Shown here: positions 40,103 through 51,100 of the stretch, piece by piece
Layout: every line of letters begins with the position of its first letter
Numbering within the stretch: position 1 is the stretch's first letter
Assembly (NCBI GenBank): GCA_022180565.1
Contig: BQML01000002.1
Location: 273,824 to 337,823, forward strand
DNA: 64,000 nt
Reading direction: 5' to 3'
Origin: Bacteroidia bacterium
GTDB lineage: Bacteria > Bacteroidota > Ignavibacteria > UBA10030
Made by a program: the position numbers and the translations under genes
Notes under the pieces: generated by a model
Database searches by the model: none
The model's input: the letters and a program-made list of their open reading frames with translations, nothing else
Told to the model about the DNA's origin: nothing

Positions 40103-41731
40103 ATGACGGAACAAAAGAAAATCGGCCAGGTCATTGCAGTCAACAGTGGGGCTTTGACCGTGCTTCTTGATGATGCGGTCGGCTCGCTGAAACGCGAAAT
40201 CGGCGGGAAGGTCTATTATATCGGTCAACTCGGGAGCTACGTGCTCATTCCCGTGGGGAAGCAGATTGTCGTGGCGATGGTGGCCGAGTTACGGAAATCC
40301 GACATTCCGATCAACGGCGATGTTCGCCAGAGAGTACAGCTTGTTGTAACCCTTGTCGGCACCGTCAAGGCAGGACGATACGAGCGCGGCGTGTCCATTC
40401 TTCCGCCCATCGATGCGCCGGTCTTCTTTGCGGAGGATCAGGACCTGACGGCCGTTTTCTCTATCTTTCAGAAATTCGGGTTTTCTATTGGACAGCTTTC
40501 GATGTTTGAGAAAGAACGCGCCTACATCGACCCAAACAAGCTGTTTAGCAAGCACATTGCGGTTGTGGGATCGAGCGGCTCGGGAAAGTCATGCACGGTG
40601 GCATCCATCCTCCAGAAGGTAGCGACGTTTCCCGACACGAACGTTATCCTCATCGACATCCACAACGAGTACCACGCGGCCTTCGGTGCCAACGCGAACT
40701 ATCTGCCGATTGCCGATCTCGAATTGCCCTACTGGCTGATGAACTTCGAGGAGATCCAGGAGATGTTCGTAGACGAACGGGACGAGAACGCTTCAAGCCA
40801 GATCACCGTCCTCAAGGACCTCATCGTCGCCGGAAAGAAAGGAAAGAATCCCGACCTGGCGGATTTCATCACGGTCGATACGCCTGCCTATTTCGACATT
40901 GCCGAGGTCCGGGCCCGAATGCAGTTTCTCGATACGGAGAAGGTCACGGGTATGGGCGCGGCAGGCGCGACGAAGGAAGGGCCGTTCTACGGGAAGTTCA
41001 CGCGGTTCCTCGTTCGCCTCGACAGCAAACTGAACGACGCGCGGTATGAGTTCATGTTCAAGCCGAAGCAATTTGTCGCGACGTCGTCCCTGAGCGACTT
41101 TCTGCAAAAGATTTTCGGTCCCGGGGGAAGCGCCAAGGTAACGCTGATGGACATGAGCGGCGTCCCGTTCGACATCGTCAACACCGTTGTGTCCCTGTTG
41201 GCACGCGTCACGTTCGACTTCAATTTCTGGAACCCCCACCGCCGTGATTTCCCTGTTCTCCTTGTATTTGAGGAGGCGCACAATTATCTGCCGGCGACGG
41301 GAGAATCCACGAAGGCGGCTCGCAGGACGGTGGAACGGATCGCAAAGGAGGGAAGGAAATATGGGGTCAGTTGCATGATCGTGAGCCAGCGCCCGGCCGA
41401 AGTCTCGGAAACCATTCTGTCCCAATGCAGTAACTATGTCGTCCTTCGTCTGACCAATCCCGTAGACCAGAACTACGTCCGGAAGCTGGTTCCGGACACG
41501 TTTGTGGGTTTGGTGGACGTGCTTCCTTCCCTTCGCCAGGGTGAGGCGCTGGTCGTGGGAGACGCCCTTCCTATGCCCCTCCGCGTACAAATCGATTACC
41601 CCAACCCCGAACCGGAAAGCGGAGATATCAAGTTCTTCGAGAAGTGGAAGGAAAGCGAGGCCAAGACGTTCATCCAGGACGTTGTGCAGAGATGGTGGAA
41701 GCAAGAACGAAAAGCCGCCGGGGAGGCGTAG
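40103..41731 (+). CDS. HerA-like ATPase (HAS-barrel plus FtsK/HerA-superfamily P-loop domain; DUF87/COG0433)
   Basis: N-terminal beta-rich HAS-barrel-like segment ([18 protein letters not shown]…YVLIPVG…), Walker [14 protein letters not shown], Walker [11 protein letters not shown], …[10 protein letters not shown]…; 542 aa; GAGGGA Shine-Dalgarno. Confidence 0.8.
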   Translation: MTEQKKIGQVIAVNSGALTVLLDDAVGSLKREIGGKVYYIGQLGSYVLIPVGKQIVVAMVAELRKSDIPINGDVRQRVQLVVTLVGTVKAGRYERGVSILPPIDAPVFFAEDQDLTAVFSIFQKFGFSIGQLSMFEKERAYIDPNKLFSKHIAVVGSSGSGKSCTVASILQKVATFPDTNVILIDIHNEYHAAFGANANYLPIADLELPYWLMNFEEIQEMFVDERDENASSQITVLKDLIVAGKKGKNPDLADFITVDTPAYFDIAEVRARMQFLDTEKVTGMGAAGATKEGPFYGKFTRFLVRLDSKLNDARYEFMFKPKQFVATSSLSDFLQKIFGPGGSAKVTLMDMSGVPFDIVNTVVSLLARVTFDFNFWNPHRRDFPVLLVFEEAHNYLPATGESTKAARRTVERIAKEGRKYGVSCMIVSQRPAEVSETILSQCSNYVVLRLTNPVDQNYVRKLVPDTFVGLVDVLPSLRQGEALVVGDALPMPLRVQIDYPNPEPESGDIKFFEKWKESEAKTFIQDVVQRWWKQERKAAGEA

Positions 41732-41789
41732 GGCGGAACAGAGCACCATTCAGGAATGTTGTACGATCCGCGGGAACAAGGAGGCTCCT

Positions 41790-42737
41790 ATGCTGATCAA
41801 ACGACCGTCTGACATCCCTTCATCCGAGATCACTCCGGAATCCGTGTATCGGAATCGCCGAACCTTTCTCAAAACCGCCGCGATAATGACCGCGGGTACA
41901 GCGGCAGCTTTTGCACTCCCGCGTTTTTCGGAGCCACAGGATCCACACTATCGGCGGCCTCCTGCCGGTCCCTTCAATACGGATGAAGACCTCACATCGT
42001 ACAAAGATATCACGACGTATAACAATTTCTATGAGTTCGGGACGGACAAGGATGATCCATCTGAGTACGCTGGAAGCCTGAAACCCCGGCCCTGGAAGGT
42101 GAGGGTTGACGGTGAAGTCGAGAAAGCCGGCCTTTATGATCTGGATGACCTCCTCAAGGGCATATCCCAGGAAGACCGCGTCTACCGTCTGCGCTGTGTT
42201 GAGGGGTGGTCCATGGTCATTCCGTGGCTCGGATTTCCGATCTCAGTCCTCTTGAAACGATTCCAACCAACCTCGCGGGCGAAGTACGTTGAGTTTACGA
42301 CGCTGAACGATCCACAGCAAATGCCGGGACTGAGCCGTCCCGTGCTTGACTGGCCCTATGTGGAGGGACTCAGGATAGATGAAGCGATGCATCCGCTCGC
42401 GATTTTTGCGGTGGGTCTCTACGGCAAACAGCTCCCGAACCAGAACGGCGCTCCCCTGCGCATCGTTGTTCCCTGGAAGTACGGATTCAAAAGCTGCAAA
42501 TCGATTGTGCGGATTCGGCTGACGGAGAAGGAGCCTCTTCCGACGTGGGTGCGGGCGGCTCCCCATGAATACGGTTTCTATTCGAACGTGAATCCTGATG
42601 TCGACCATCCGCGTTGGAGCCAGAAGTTCGAACGCCGGATCGGCGAGTTCCGGAAGCGTAGAACACAGCTCTTCAACGGTTACGGGGAACAGGTGGCGGG
42701 GCTGTATGCCGGAATGGACCTCAGGAAGCATTTTTGA
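41790..42737 (+). CDS. msrP: protein-methionine-sulfoxide reductase catalytic subunit MsrP (YedY; molybdopterin)
   Basis: Tat-like signal ([20 protein letters not shown]), sulfite-oxidase-family Mo domain (…[17 protein letters not shown]…); AAGGAGG Shine-Dalgarno; the upstream ORF extension overlapping the HerA gene was rejected. Confidence 0.9.
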   Translation: MLIKRPSDIPSSEITPESVYRNRRTFLKTAAIMTAGTAAAFALPRFSEPQDPHYRRPPAGPFNTDEDLTSYKDITTYNNFYEFGTDKDDPSEYAGSLKPRPWKVRVDGEVEKAGLYDLDDLLKGISQEDRVYRLRCVEGWSMVIPWLGFPISVLLKRFQPTSRAKYVEFTTLNDPQQMPGLSRPVLDWPYVEGLRIDEAMHPLAIFAVGLYGKQLPNQNGAPLRIVVPWKYGFKSCKSIVRIRLTEKEPLPTWVRAAPHEYGFYSNVNPDVDHPRWSQKFERRIGEFRKRRTQLFNGYGEQVAGLYAGMDLRKHF

Positions 42738-43414
42738 CCAGCCTGACGCGCACTGGATTTCTTCCTGTGACTTCCAGCAAATACGTCCGCTTCATCTTCA
42801 AGCCTCTTGTGCTTGTTGCTTGTCTCCTTCCATGTTTCTGGCTGGGGTGGAACTGGTATCACGACAATCTGAGCGCGAATCCCATCGATGATGTCACCGA
42901 TACCACGGGCACGTGGACCCTCCGGTTTCTTATGATCACCTTGGCCATCACCCCTGTGCGGAGGATCAGCGGATGGAACCGTCTTCTGCAATTCAGGCGA
43001 ATGATCGGCCTCTTTGCGTTTTTGTACGGAACTCTCCATCTCTTCACGTACCTGTATTTGGATCAGTTCTTTTTATGGGAAGAGATCCTAGCCGACATTC
43101 CGAAACGACCGTTTATTACCGTCGGGTTCCTCAGCTTCGTACTGATGATTCCCCTGGCCGCAACATCGACTGATCGGATCACGAAGTGGATCGGTGGCAA
43201 GCGGTGGAATCGTCTCCATAAGCTCGTGTATGTCACGGCAATAGGCGGCGTCATCCACTATTTGTGGTTGGTGAAGGCCGATCTACAGAGACCCCTGATC
43301 TATGGCGGGATTCTGGCGCTCCTCCTGGGCGTGAGGCTTTGGTACGCACTGAAGCCGTTTCTTGTTGGAAGAATGAAGAGGGAAGGGGCTCGGAACGAGG
43401 TCGCCGGGGGATAA
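42734..43414 (+). CDS. msrQ: protein-methionine-sulfoxide reductase heme-binding subunit MsrQ (YedZ)
   Basis: 6-TM ferric-reductase-like protein aligning along its length with MsrQ; start is TTG at 42734 or possibly GTG at 42767. Confidence 0.85.
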   Translation: MTSLTRTGFLPVTSSKYVRFIFKPLVLVACLLPCFWLGWNWYHDNLSANPIDDVTDTTGTWTLRFLMITLAITPVRRISGWNRLLQFRRMIGLFAFLYGTLHLFTYLYLDQFFLWEEILADIPKRPFITVGFLSFVLMIPLAATSTDRITKWIGGKRWNRLHKLVYVTAIGGVIHYLWLVKADLQRPLIYGGILALLLGVRLWYALKPFLVGRMKREGARNEVAGG

Positions 43415-43533
43415 GCGCTCAGGCATCCTCTCGTTCTGCTTGTGACAAATCGCCTTGCGTCACTGCGGTTTCTTCTCTATATTCGGCAATGTTTTTCGTG
43501 CCATCAACTCACGCCACACCCTCGGGGACTATC

Positions 43534-44004
43534 ATGAAACCGGTTTTCCATTTTTTTGTACGCGCCTCTTTGATCCTTCCTTTTCTCCTTCTTCCGGGAT
43601 GTTCGCCGTTGGCCTTGAAGCCGGCGGACTTTGGCTGGCCCGTGGAAAGCGTTTTGAAGTCAGACGCATCAGGCATGGTTCAGGAAAACAGGTATCAGCT
43701 CATTTTTTCGATCAAGCCCATGGTGTTTGAGGAGAAAGAAGACTCAACCGATGTCGGCGGATTGAGTGTGAGGGTCATCCGGGACCAGGCCGGCTATTAC
43801 TACATAACATCGCCCGGCTTCAAACATGTGTACGTGTTCGGAACGGGGGATGGCGCTCTCATTCTGGAGAAGAAGATCCTTGTTTCAGAAAAGGGTCTCC
43901 AATCGCCGGCTTTCAACGCCAGACCGCCCTATATTCAGCTCCTGAGCACCGGTGAGAAACCTCGCCTGCTCTCCAAGAGCGGCATTCACGAAGGAGGACG
44001 CTGA
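43534..44004 (+). CDS. lipoprotein (LPGC lipobox), hypothetical
   Basis: Signal peptide ending LLLPGCS; 156 aa; 1-nt overlap (TGATG) with the next gene. Confidence 0.55.
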   Translation: MKPVFHFFVRASLILPFLLLPGCSPLALKPADFGWPVESVLKSDASGMVQENRYQLIFSIKPMVFEEKEDSTDVGGLSVRVIRDQAGYYYITSPGFKHVYVFGTGDGALILEKKILVSEKGLQSPAFNARPPYIQLLSTGEKPRLLSKSGIHEGGR

Positions 44005-45263
44005 TGATCTCGTACAGGAACTTTGCCCTGACTCTGCTGATTGCGCTCCCTGCCGTCGTCGTTTCTCAGGTACGTTCCGACTATGAAATCGTCCGCGCCT
44101 TCGAGAATGAGTCTGTGGCCATTGCCACGTCAATTGAGGCAGCCAATACCACAGTGGAGATTGTGGATGTGGAGTCCCGCATTCTCGAGCTGGATAGCAC
44201 ATACCGTGAGTATCGGGCTTTGATCGACCGAGCACTGTACCCGGACGGATTTGCAGGTCGGCTGATGAAGCTGCGCGGACAGTTAACGTATGCCAAGGAC
44301 AAGATCACGATCATTGAAAGCCAGTATGAGCGGATTACGGAACTGGAGTCGCAGGTTCGTGAGCTGAGTCAGCAGGTGGAAAACCTTGCCGGGGAGAATG
44401 CAAAGATGCTGGGGGAAATGAAGCGGTTGAGGGATTCCAAGACGACGATCGATTCTCTCAACGCCGTCATTATCAAACTTCGTCAGGGACTCCGCCAACG
44501 CGATGAGCTAATCTTCGCCCTTGTGGACAGTCTCTTCATGCAGTATGATAAGAATGTTGACGCCATGACCGACCGTGAGAAGCGCGGTGTTGCTGCCCGC
44601 CTGGAGCGGCGCAATGTTTTTTCAGGCATTCGCCAGTCGATCGAGGATAACGCCCGCTTCCTGGAAGCCACCGAACTCACCGGGAATGATATTCTGACAC
44701 TGTCCGAGGAGCATGAATCGTTCGCTTCAAAGTGGAGGGGTCTGGGGAAGAAGCTGGCTGAGGTGTACGGTGGAACGCGCACGAAGCGCGCTGCCGAGCT
44801 TGCAACGATCGACACGATGCTGAACAGTTGGAAGGGTAAGCTCAACGGGTTGTACTGGAGGACCTTGAACAATGTCTTTGCCAGGACCAGCGTTCAGGTT
44901 GCACCGTTCTCGAGCGGAAAGGAATTCTTTGCCAACCTGGGAGCATATCTCGACGAGGAGATCCGGAAAGCGAGGGATGAAAAGGACGGCCAGAGATATT
45001 TTCGATACGAAGCGTTTGCTGACTCCATATGGAACAGCCATGTCGTTCCCGAATGGATCCCATCGATGGTTCGCACGGGAGGACTCACTGAGGAGGAAGT
45101 GAAGATTCTCCAGGCCAAAGTGGATGAATGGGAGGATATTGTGAGTCCCCCGTTGACAACCGTTTACATAGTCATCGGGATTGTGATGCTCGTTGTGGTG
45201 TTGTATCTCTACAGGAGATACATGCGAACACGGGAGGGAGTGAAGACGGCACCGGGTGCGTGA
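44004..45263 (+). CDS. coiled-coil protein with N-terminal signal peptide and C-terminal transmembrane anchor, hypothetical
   Basis: Heptad-rich central region (…ELESQVRELSQQVENLAGENAKMLGEMKRLRDS…), C-terminal hydrophobic helix (…TVYIVIGIVMLVVVLYLY…). Confidence 0.55.
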   Translation: MISYRNFALTLLIALPAVVVSQVRSDYEIVRAFENESVAIATSIEAANTTVEIVDVESRILELDSTYREYRALIDRALYPDGFAGRLMKLRGQLTYAKDKITIIESQYERITELESQVRELSQQVENLAGENAKMLGEMKRLRDSKTTIDSLNAVIIKLRQGLRQRDELIFALVDSLFMQYDKNVDAMTDREKRGVAARLERRNVFSGIRQSIEDNARFLEATELTGNDILTLSEEHESFASKWRGLGKKLAEVYGGTRTKRAAELATIDTMLNSWKGKLNGLYWRTLNNVFARTSVQVAPFSSGKEFFANLGAYLDEEIRKARDEKDGQRYFRYEAFADSIWNSHVVPEWIPSMVRTGGLTEEEVKILQAKVDEWEDIVSPPLTTVYIVIGIVMLVVVLYLYRRYMRTREGVKTAPGA

Positions 45264-45333
45264 AGGGCGCGAACTGCAAGGTCCGCCGGGAGGTGATCCT
45301 GACAGGCCGACAGTTTGGCGGCACCCCGAGGTG

Positions 45334-48114
45334 TTACTCGCCTCCCAACAGCTGTCGTAGGACGTACTGCAGAATTCCGTCGTGTCGGTAGTAATCCACT
45401 TCGTTGGGGGTGTCAAGACGGGCAAGCACGCTGAAGGTGATTTTCTTTCCTTCCTTTGTTGTGGCGTGTACCGTCATGGTCTTTCCCACCGACAAGTCCC
45501 CCTCAATCCCCTCAATATCGTAGGTTTCAAATCCCGTGAGGCCAAGACTCCGGGCGTTCTGCCCTTCCTCGAACTGCAGAGGCAACACGCCAAGCCCGAT
45601 CAGGTTGCTCCGGTGAATCCGCTCAAAGCTCTCCGCGATCACCGCTTTCACGCCGAGAAGCCGCGGTCCTTTTGCGGCCCAGTCCCGCGAGGAGCCCGAT
45701 CCGTACTCTTTGCCGGCAATAACAAGAAGGGGAATGCCTTCACTTGCGTACTTCCTGGCTGCCTCAAAGATCGAGATGGGCTCGGGAGACGACGGATGAA
45801 TGGTCCATCCGCCTTCGGTGCCGGGAGCCATGAGGTTCCGGAGACGAATGTTGGCAAAGGTGCCGCGCATCATCACTTCGTGATTTCCGCGCCTGGATCC
45901 GTAGGAGTTGAAATCCGCGGGCTTGACGCCGTGTTCCTGTAGATATGTGCCGGCGGGGCTCTTGGGGGAGATCGATCCCGCGGGCGAGATGTGATCGGTT
46001 GTCACCGAATCTCCGAGCAAGGCGAGAACGCGGGCGCCCCGGATGTTCTTGAGGGGTGCCGGTGTACGCGGCATGGCATCGAAGAAGGGGGCCGGCTTAA
46101 TATAGGTAGAGTCGGTCTCCCAGTGAAATCGGTCGCCCCCGGGCACCGGCAGTTCTTTCCACCGCGGTTCACCCTCGAAGACATTCGCGTATTCACGCTC
46201 AAACATGTCCGATCGTACCGCCTTTCGCATGGTCTCGTTCACCTCTTGGGGAGACGGCCAGATATCTTTCAGGAACACCGGTGATCCGTCTTTGCGCGTT
46301 CCGAGTGGTTCCTTCAACAAATCAATATCCATTGTTCCCGCCAGCGCGTACGCCACGACCAAGGGGGGGGATGCGAGGTAATTGGCTCGGACGTGCGGAT
46401 TGATTCGCCCCTCGAAATTCCGATTGCCGGAAAGAACCGCCGCGGCCACGAGTTCGTGCTCTTCCACCGCTTTGGCGATCGGTTCGGGCAAAGGCCCCGA
46501 GTTTCCAATGCACGTCGTACAGCCATAGCCCACGAGGTGGAATCCGAGTTTCTCCAGCGGTTCCATCAGGCCGGCCTCGTTGAGGTAATCGGTGACAACC
46601 TTGGAACCCGGGGCAAGGCTGGTCTTCACCCATGGCTTGGTTGCCAATCCATGTTCAACGGCTTTTTTGGCCAGAAGCCCCGCGGCGACCATGACAGAAG
46701 GGTTTGAAGTGTTTGTGCAGCTGGTAATAGCGGAAATCACTACAGAACCGTGGCCAAGAGTGAATTCCGACCCATTCTTGCGAACTCGAATTTTGGGAAG
46801 GATCCCGTCCGGAAGGGTTTGTGCGGAAGGGATGGCCTCGGGACTTCCGCCTTCATCGATCCATTCAGCAATCTGAGCCGGTTTGATATCTGCGGCCTTC
46901 CCCTTGATCATGTCCATAAGACTGGTTCGGAATGATCGCTTGGCCGAGGCGAGGGGCACACGGTCTTGCGGTCGCTTTGGCCCGGCGAGGCTCGGCTCCA
47001 CGGAACCGAGATCGAGTTCGAGCGTGTCCGAGAAGAGGGGTTCAGGGGAGTCGGACGAATGGAACAGGCCCTGCTCTTTGCAATAAGCCTCGACGAGCGG
47101 CACCAGGTTCCCTCGTCCTGTGAACGTAAGGTAGTTCAGCGTTTCACGATCAACCGGGAAATACCCGACTGTGGCCCCATATTCGGGGGACATGTTGCCT
47201 ATCGTTGCCCTGTCTGCCAGTCCAAGCGACGCAAGGCCCGGACCAAAGAACTCAACGAACTTGCCCACAACGCCCTTCTTTCGAAGCATCTGGGTGACGA
47301 CTAAGACAAGATCCGTCGCCGTGGCGCCGGGTTGAAGCTTCCCCGTAAGTTTGAAACCGACGACCTGGGGAATGAGCATCGAAATCGGCTGACCCAGCAT
47401 GGCGGCCTCTGCCTCTATGCCGCCAACGCCCCAGCCAAGGACGCCCAGTCCGTTGATCATCGGGGTATGGGAATCCGTACCGACAAGAGTATCCGGATAG
47501 GCCATGGTCGTTCCACCGTCTGCACGCGTAAAGATCACTTGTGCGAGGTATTCCAGATTCACCTGGTGCACAATGCCGGTGTTTGGAGGAACAACCCTGA
47601 AATTCTTGAATGCCCTTTGACCCCATCGGAGAAAAGCATACCGTTCGCGGTTCCGTTCGAACTCAATTTCCGCGTTGGCCATGAACGCGCGGCGTGTTCC
47701 AAACTCATCAACCTGAATCGAATGATCAATGACAAGATCGACGGGCTGGAGTGGGTTGATTTTCTTCGGATCCCCGCCCATCTTGACCATCGCGTCGCGC
47801 ATGACGGCAAGGTCTACAATGCACGGTACGCCGGTGAAATCCTGCAACAGGACCCGCGCCGGCATGAATGCGATTTCCTTGGCCGGTATTGACTCCGGCT
47901 TCCAGTGCAAAAGTGCCTCAATATCTTCCCGTCGGACGGTCTTTCCATCCTCCTGGCGCAAAAGGTTCTCCAACAGAATTTTCAGGCAAAAGGGAAGAGT
48001 GGAGAGGGAAAGGCCGGTCTCCTTTTCAAGGACCTTGAGCGAAAACACGGAATAGGCGCTGTCGCCGAGTTTCAGTGTTGTCAGGGTTCCAAAACTGTTC
48101 TTCTGGATCATCAT
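45334..48114 (-). CDS. acnA: aconitate hydratase A
   Basis: Full-length AcnA similarity including Fe-S Cys ligands (…[12 protein letters not shown]…), …[12 protein letters not shown]…; start at MMIQKNSFG with GGAGAA Shine-Dalgarno; the 1082-aa ORF extension was rejected. Confidence 0.95.
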   Translation of the reverse strand: MMIQKNSFGTLTTLKLGDSAYSVFSLKVLEKETGLSLSTLPFCLKILLENLLRQEDGKTVRREDIEALLHWKPESIPAKEIAFMPARVLLQDFTGVPCIVDLAVMRDAMVKMGGDPKKINPLQPVDLVIDHSIQVDEFGTRRAFMANAEIEFERNRERYAFLRWGQRAFKNFRVVPPNTGIVHQVNLEYLAQVIFTRADGGTTMAYPDTLVGTDSHTPMINGLGVLGWGVGGIEAEAAMLGQPISMLIPQVVGFKLTGKLQPGATATDLVLVVTQMLRKKGVVGKFVEFFGPGLASLGLADRATIGNMSPEYGATVGYFPVDRETLNYLTFTGRGNLVPLVEAYCKEQGLFHSSDSPEPLFSDTLELDLGSVEPSLAGPKRPQDRVPLASAKRSFRTSLMDMIKGKAADIKPAQIAEWIDEGGSPEAIPSAQTLPDGILPKIRVRKNGSEFTLGHGSVVISAITSCTNTSNPSVMVAAGLLAKKAVEHGLATKPWVKTSLAPGSKVVTDYLNEAGLMEPLEKLGFHLVGYGCTTCIGNSGPLPEPIAKAVEEHELVAAAVLSGNRNFEGRINPHVRANYLASPPLVVAYALAGTMDIDLLKEPLGTRKDGSPVFLKDIWPSPQEVNETMRKAVRSDMFEREYANVFEGEPRWKELPVPGGDRFHWETDSTYIKPAPFFDAMPRTPAPLKNIRGARVLALLGDSVTTDHISPAGSISPKSPAGTYLQEHGVKPADFNSYGSRRGNHEVMMRGTFANIRLRNLMAPGTEGGWTIHPSSPEPISIFEAARKYASEGIPLLVIAGKEYGSGSSRDWAAKGPRLLGVKAVIAESFERIHRSNLIGLGVLPLQFEEGQNARSLGLTGFETYDIEGIEGDLSVGKTMTVHATTKEGKKITFSVLARLDTPNEVDYYRHDGILQYVLRQLLGGE

Positions 48115-48171
48115 CGTTCTCCGAGTTACGTTGCTCAAAATATAACAAAAACTCCCTATATTTGATATGCC

Positions 48172-51100
48172 ATGAACCGAAATCAGAAACCGCTGGATTC
48201 CGCGTCGCAGGCAAGAACGCTCAGGCTCATCGAGCGAATAGCGCGCGCGGCTGTGAGAAAGCAGCACTTGGGACCGGTTATGCAAAAGCTTGCCGAGGGG
48301 CTGGTTTCGGATTTCGGCTTTTGTGCGGTTGTTGTCACCCGATACGATGAAAACACGCGAGCACTGAAGGCTCTCGGTGTCGCTCCCCGAGCGGTCGGCA
48401 ACGCGGTTGCAAAGATCGGTGGCGTCAAGGTTTCGGATTTCGAGCTGAGGGCGAGGACCGAAGCCAATCGCGTCCTGAAGGGCCTCATGAGAGGAAAGAC
48501 CTGGGTGGGACGAAACCTCAAGGACGTGTTCGAGCCCATGATCCCCGCGCGGCTGGCAAGGCGTTTCCAGGAAATACTGCATATCAAGTGCGCCTTGATG
48601 GCTCCTCTGCTCGGCGAACGGAAATTCCTAGGCACATTACTCGTCTGCACCGCGAACGATGAATTTACCAAGGAAGAACTTGCGGCCCTGCGTGTGATCA
48701 CGCATCACGCCGCCCTCGCCGCACGGCAGGCTCGTCTTTTGGAAGAAAATAAAACAAAGGCGAAGCAGTACCGGCTCCTGAACGAAGTTGACAGCCAGAT
48801 CCTGGAGCAGAAGCAATTACAGAAGGTTCTCCGTGCCATTGTCTCCAACATCCATCGCGTGATTCCCTGTGATCTTGCAGGCGTGTACCTCCATGATCCC
48901 CGAAAGAAAGCCATGGTCTATGCGGTGGCGTGGCCCCGTTCAGAGTATTCCCTGAAGCTTCGTCATTTTGAATTCCCTATCGGGACGGGCGTGATCGGCA
49001 CGGTCGCGCGTACGCGCAAGGCAGAGATTCTCGACCACGCCGAGCTGGATCCGCGGTCGGTCTATCCTCCCGGAAGTGTCCCCGACCTTGAACACCTCTT
49101 GTGTCTCCCCCTTGTGGCAGGGAGACGGTTGCTGGGGGTGCTCTATGTTGCTCGGTACCACGACAGGCCTTTTGTCAGGGCCGACCTTGAAGTGGCGGGC
49201 CAGTTCGGAGAGAAGTCAGCCCTCGCGATAGAAAACGCTCAACTTTTTGCCCATCAGCAGGCGAGAAGGAGGGAAGTGGAGAGTCTCCAGCAGAGTGGCG
49301 CGAGGATCTCTGGTTCGCTGGAATTGCAGAACGTCCTCGACAGGATTCTCAAGGAAGCTGTCGGTCTCCTTCCCTCCGCTTCCCGTGCATCGCTTGCTTG
49401 TGGAAGAGGCCCGCGGCACGCTGACGCTTGCCGCCGGGACGCGTCATGGGGGCCGCTCCAAGGACCTGTGGAACGGGATCCCGACGTCGGCTTCAAAGGC
49501 GGTCCGACTGAGGAGAAGCATTATCACGGACGATTCCAGCGGCTCGCGAGGGCTCAGACACCCGACGATCGCTGTTCCCCTCATTCTCAAAGACAGGGTT
49601 CTCGGTGTTCTGATCGTTCAGGCCCGGGCCGGAAGCACGTTCTCAACGGGTGACGTGGATCGCCTCGAACTGTTCGCCCTTCACGCCGCGCTGGCAGTGC
49701 GCAACGCTCACCTGCACGCTTCACTTCAGCAGGAGATCAAGAAGATCAAGCTCCTGCGCGATATCAAATCGATTGCCCGCGTGGGCTTCTCATCGGAAGC
49801 CTTCCTCAAGAACGTTTGCGATCTCATCGTCAAGTCGTACGGCTTCCATCTCACAGCAATCCTCCTCCTTGATCCTGCCCGCCGCTCCCTGCGATTGCTT
49901 GCCGCCTCCGGATCCGAAGCCCGCCGGATCAAGCCGGGTTACGAGCAATCCCTCGACGAAGGCGTCGTGGGCTGGGTAGCTCGGACGGGAAGAGTCCGCC
50001 TCGTGCAGGACGCAAGCAAGGACCGGTATTTCATCAACAAGAACAATCTTTCCACCCGGTCCGAGCTGTGCATTCCGATTTTCATGCCCTCTGGCGTTGT
50101 TCTTGGTGTCATCAATGTCGAAAGCAACCGCACCGACTCCTTTAAGGAAAGTGACGTCCAGGTCCAGTTGGCAGTCGCATCCGAAATCGCGGGAGCGTTT
50201 GAGGAGCGAAGACTGTTGACAGCGCTGAGGGACTCTGAGCGGAAGTTCCGCCGGTTGTTCGAGGAATCAAAGGATGCCATCTACGTGAGCACGATGGGCG
50301 GGAGACTCCTGGATGCGAATCTGGCGGCCGTGGACCTCTTTGGTTTTCGTGATAAGGAAGAGTTTCTTCGCGTGGAAATTGGAAAGGACCTTTACGCAGA
50401 CCCCCGTGACCGGAAGAAGCTCATCCAACGTCTTCAGCACGAGGGGTTTGTGAAAGACCTGGAATTGCGCCTGAAGAGGAAGACCGGTGAACCGATTCTG
50501 GTCAACGCGAGCATTACCGGGATCCGAGATGCGCAGGGATCTCTCGTGGCCATGCAGGGCATTCTCCATGATGTGACGCGTCAGAAAGAAGACGAAAGGA
50601 GGATTCACGAATCAGAGGAAAAATACCGGAGTTTGGTAGAGGGATCGCTCGTCGGCGTTTACATTATTCAGGAAGGCCGGTTTGCATTTGTGAACCAGCG
50701 GTTCGGGGAGATCTTCGGATATTCGGTTGATGACATTGTGAAGAATCTCACAGTGGAAGAGCTTGTGCATCCTGATGATCGCAGGATGGTGATGGAGAAC
50801 ATCAGCCTGAGGCTGGCGGGTCCTGTGAAAACACTGCGGTATACCTTCCGTGGTGTGCGGAAGAATGGCGGGCAGATCGATGTCGAAGTGCTGGGGACCA
50901 AGTCTGTGTATCAGGGCCGACCGGCCATCATTGGAACGCTTCTTGACCGCACACAGGAATACCTCCAGCAAAAAGAGATTGACGCGTGGAGACGCCGTTA
51001 CGAGCTGATCATCGCCTCCTCGGCGCAGATCGTGTACGAATATGACATTTCGACGGGGGCCATCCTGTGGGGTGGAAGCGTGGAACAGGTACTGGGATAC

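Noticed and set aside
40793-41749. 318-aa - strand ORF
   Set aside because: Antisense to the HerA-like ATPase gene
41502-41789. N-terminal 96-codon extension of the msrP ORF overlapping the HerA gene
   Set aside because: Real start is the ATG at 41790, which has an AAGGAGG Shine-Dalgarno and begins the Tat-like signal; the extension has no signal peptide and overlaps the HerA coding sequence
43443-43464. Hairpin GTGAC-(12 nt)-GTCAC after msrQ as a terminator
   Set aside because: 5-bp stem with a large loop and a weak T-tract; insufficient support
48115-48582. 156-codon upstream extension of the aconitase ORF (1082 aa total)
   Set aside because: AcnA homology begins at MMIQKNSFG (48114) with a good ribosome-binding site; the extension would overlap the divergent kinase gene
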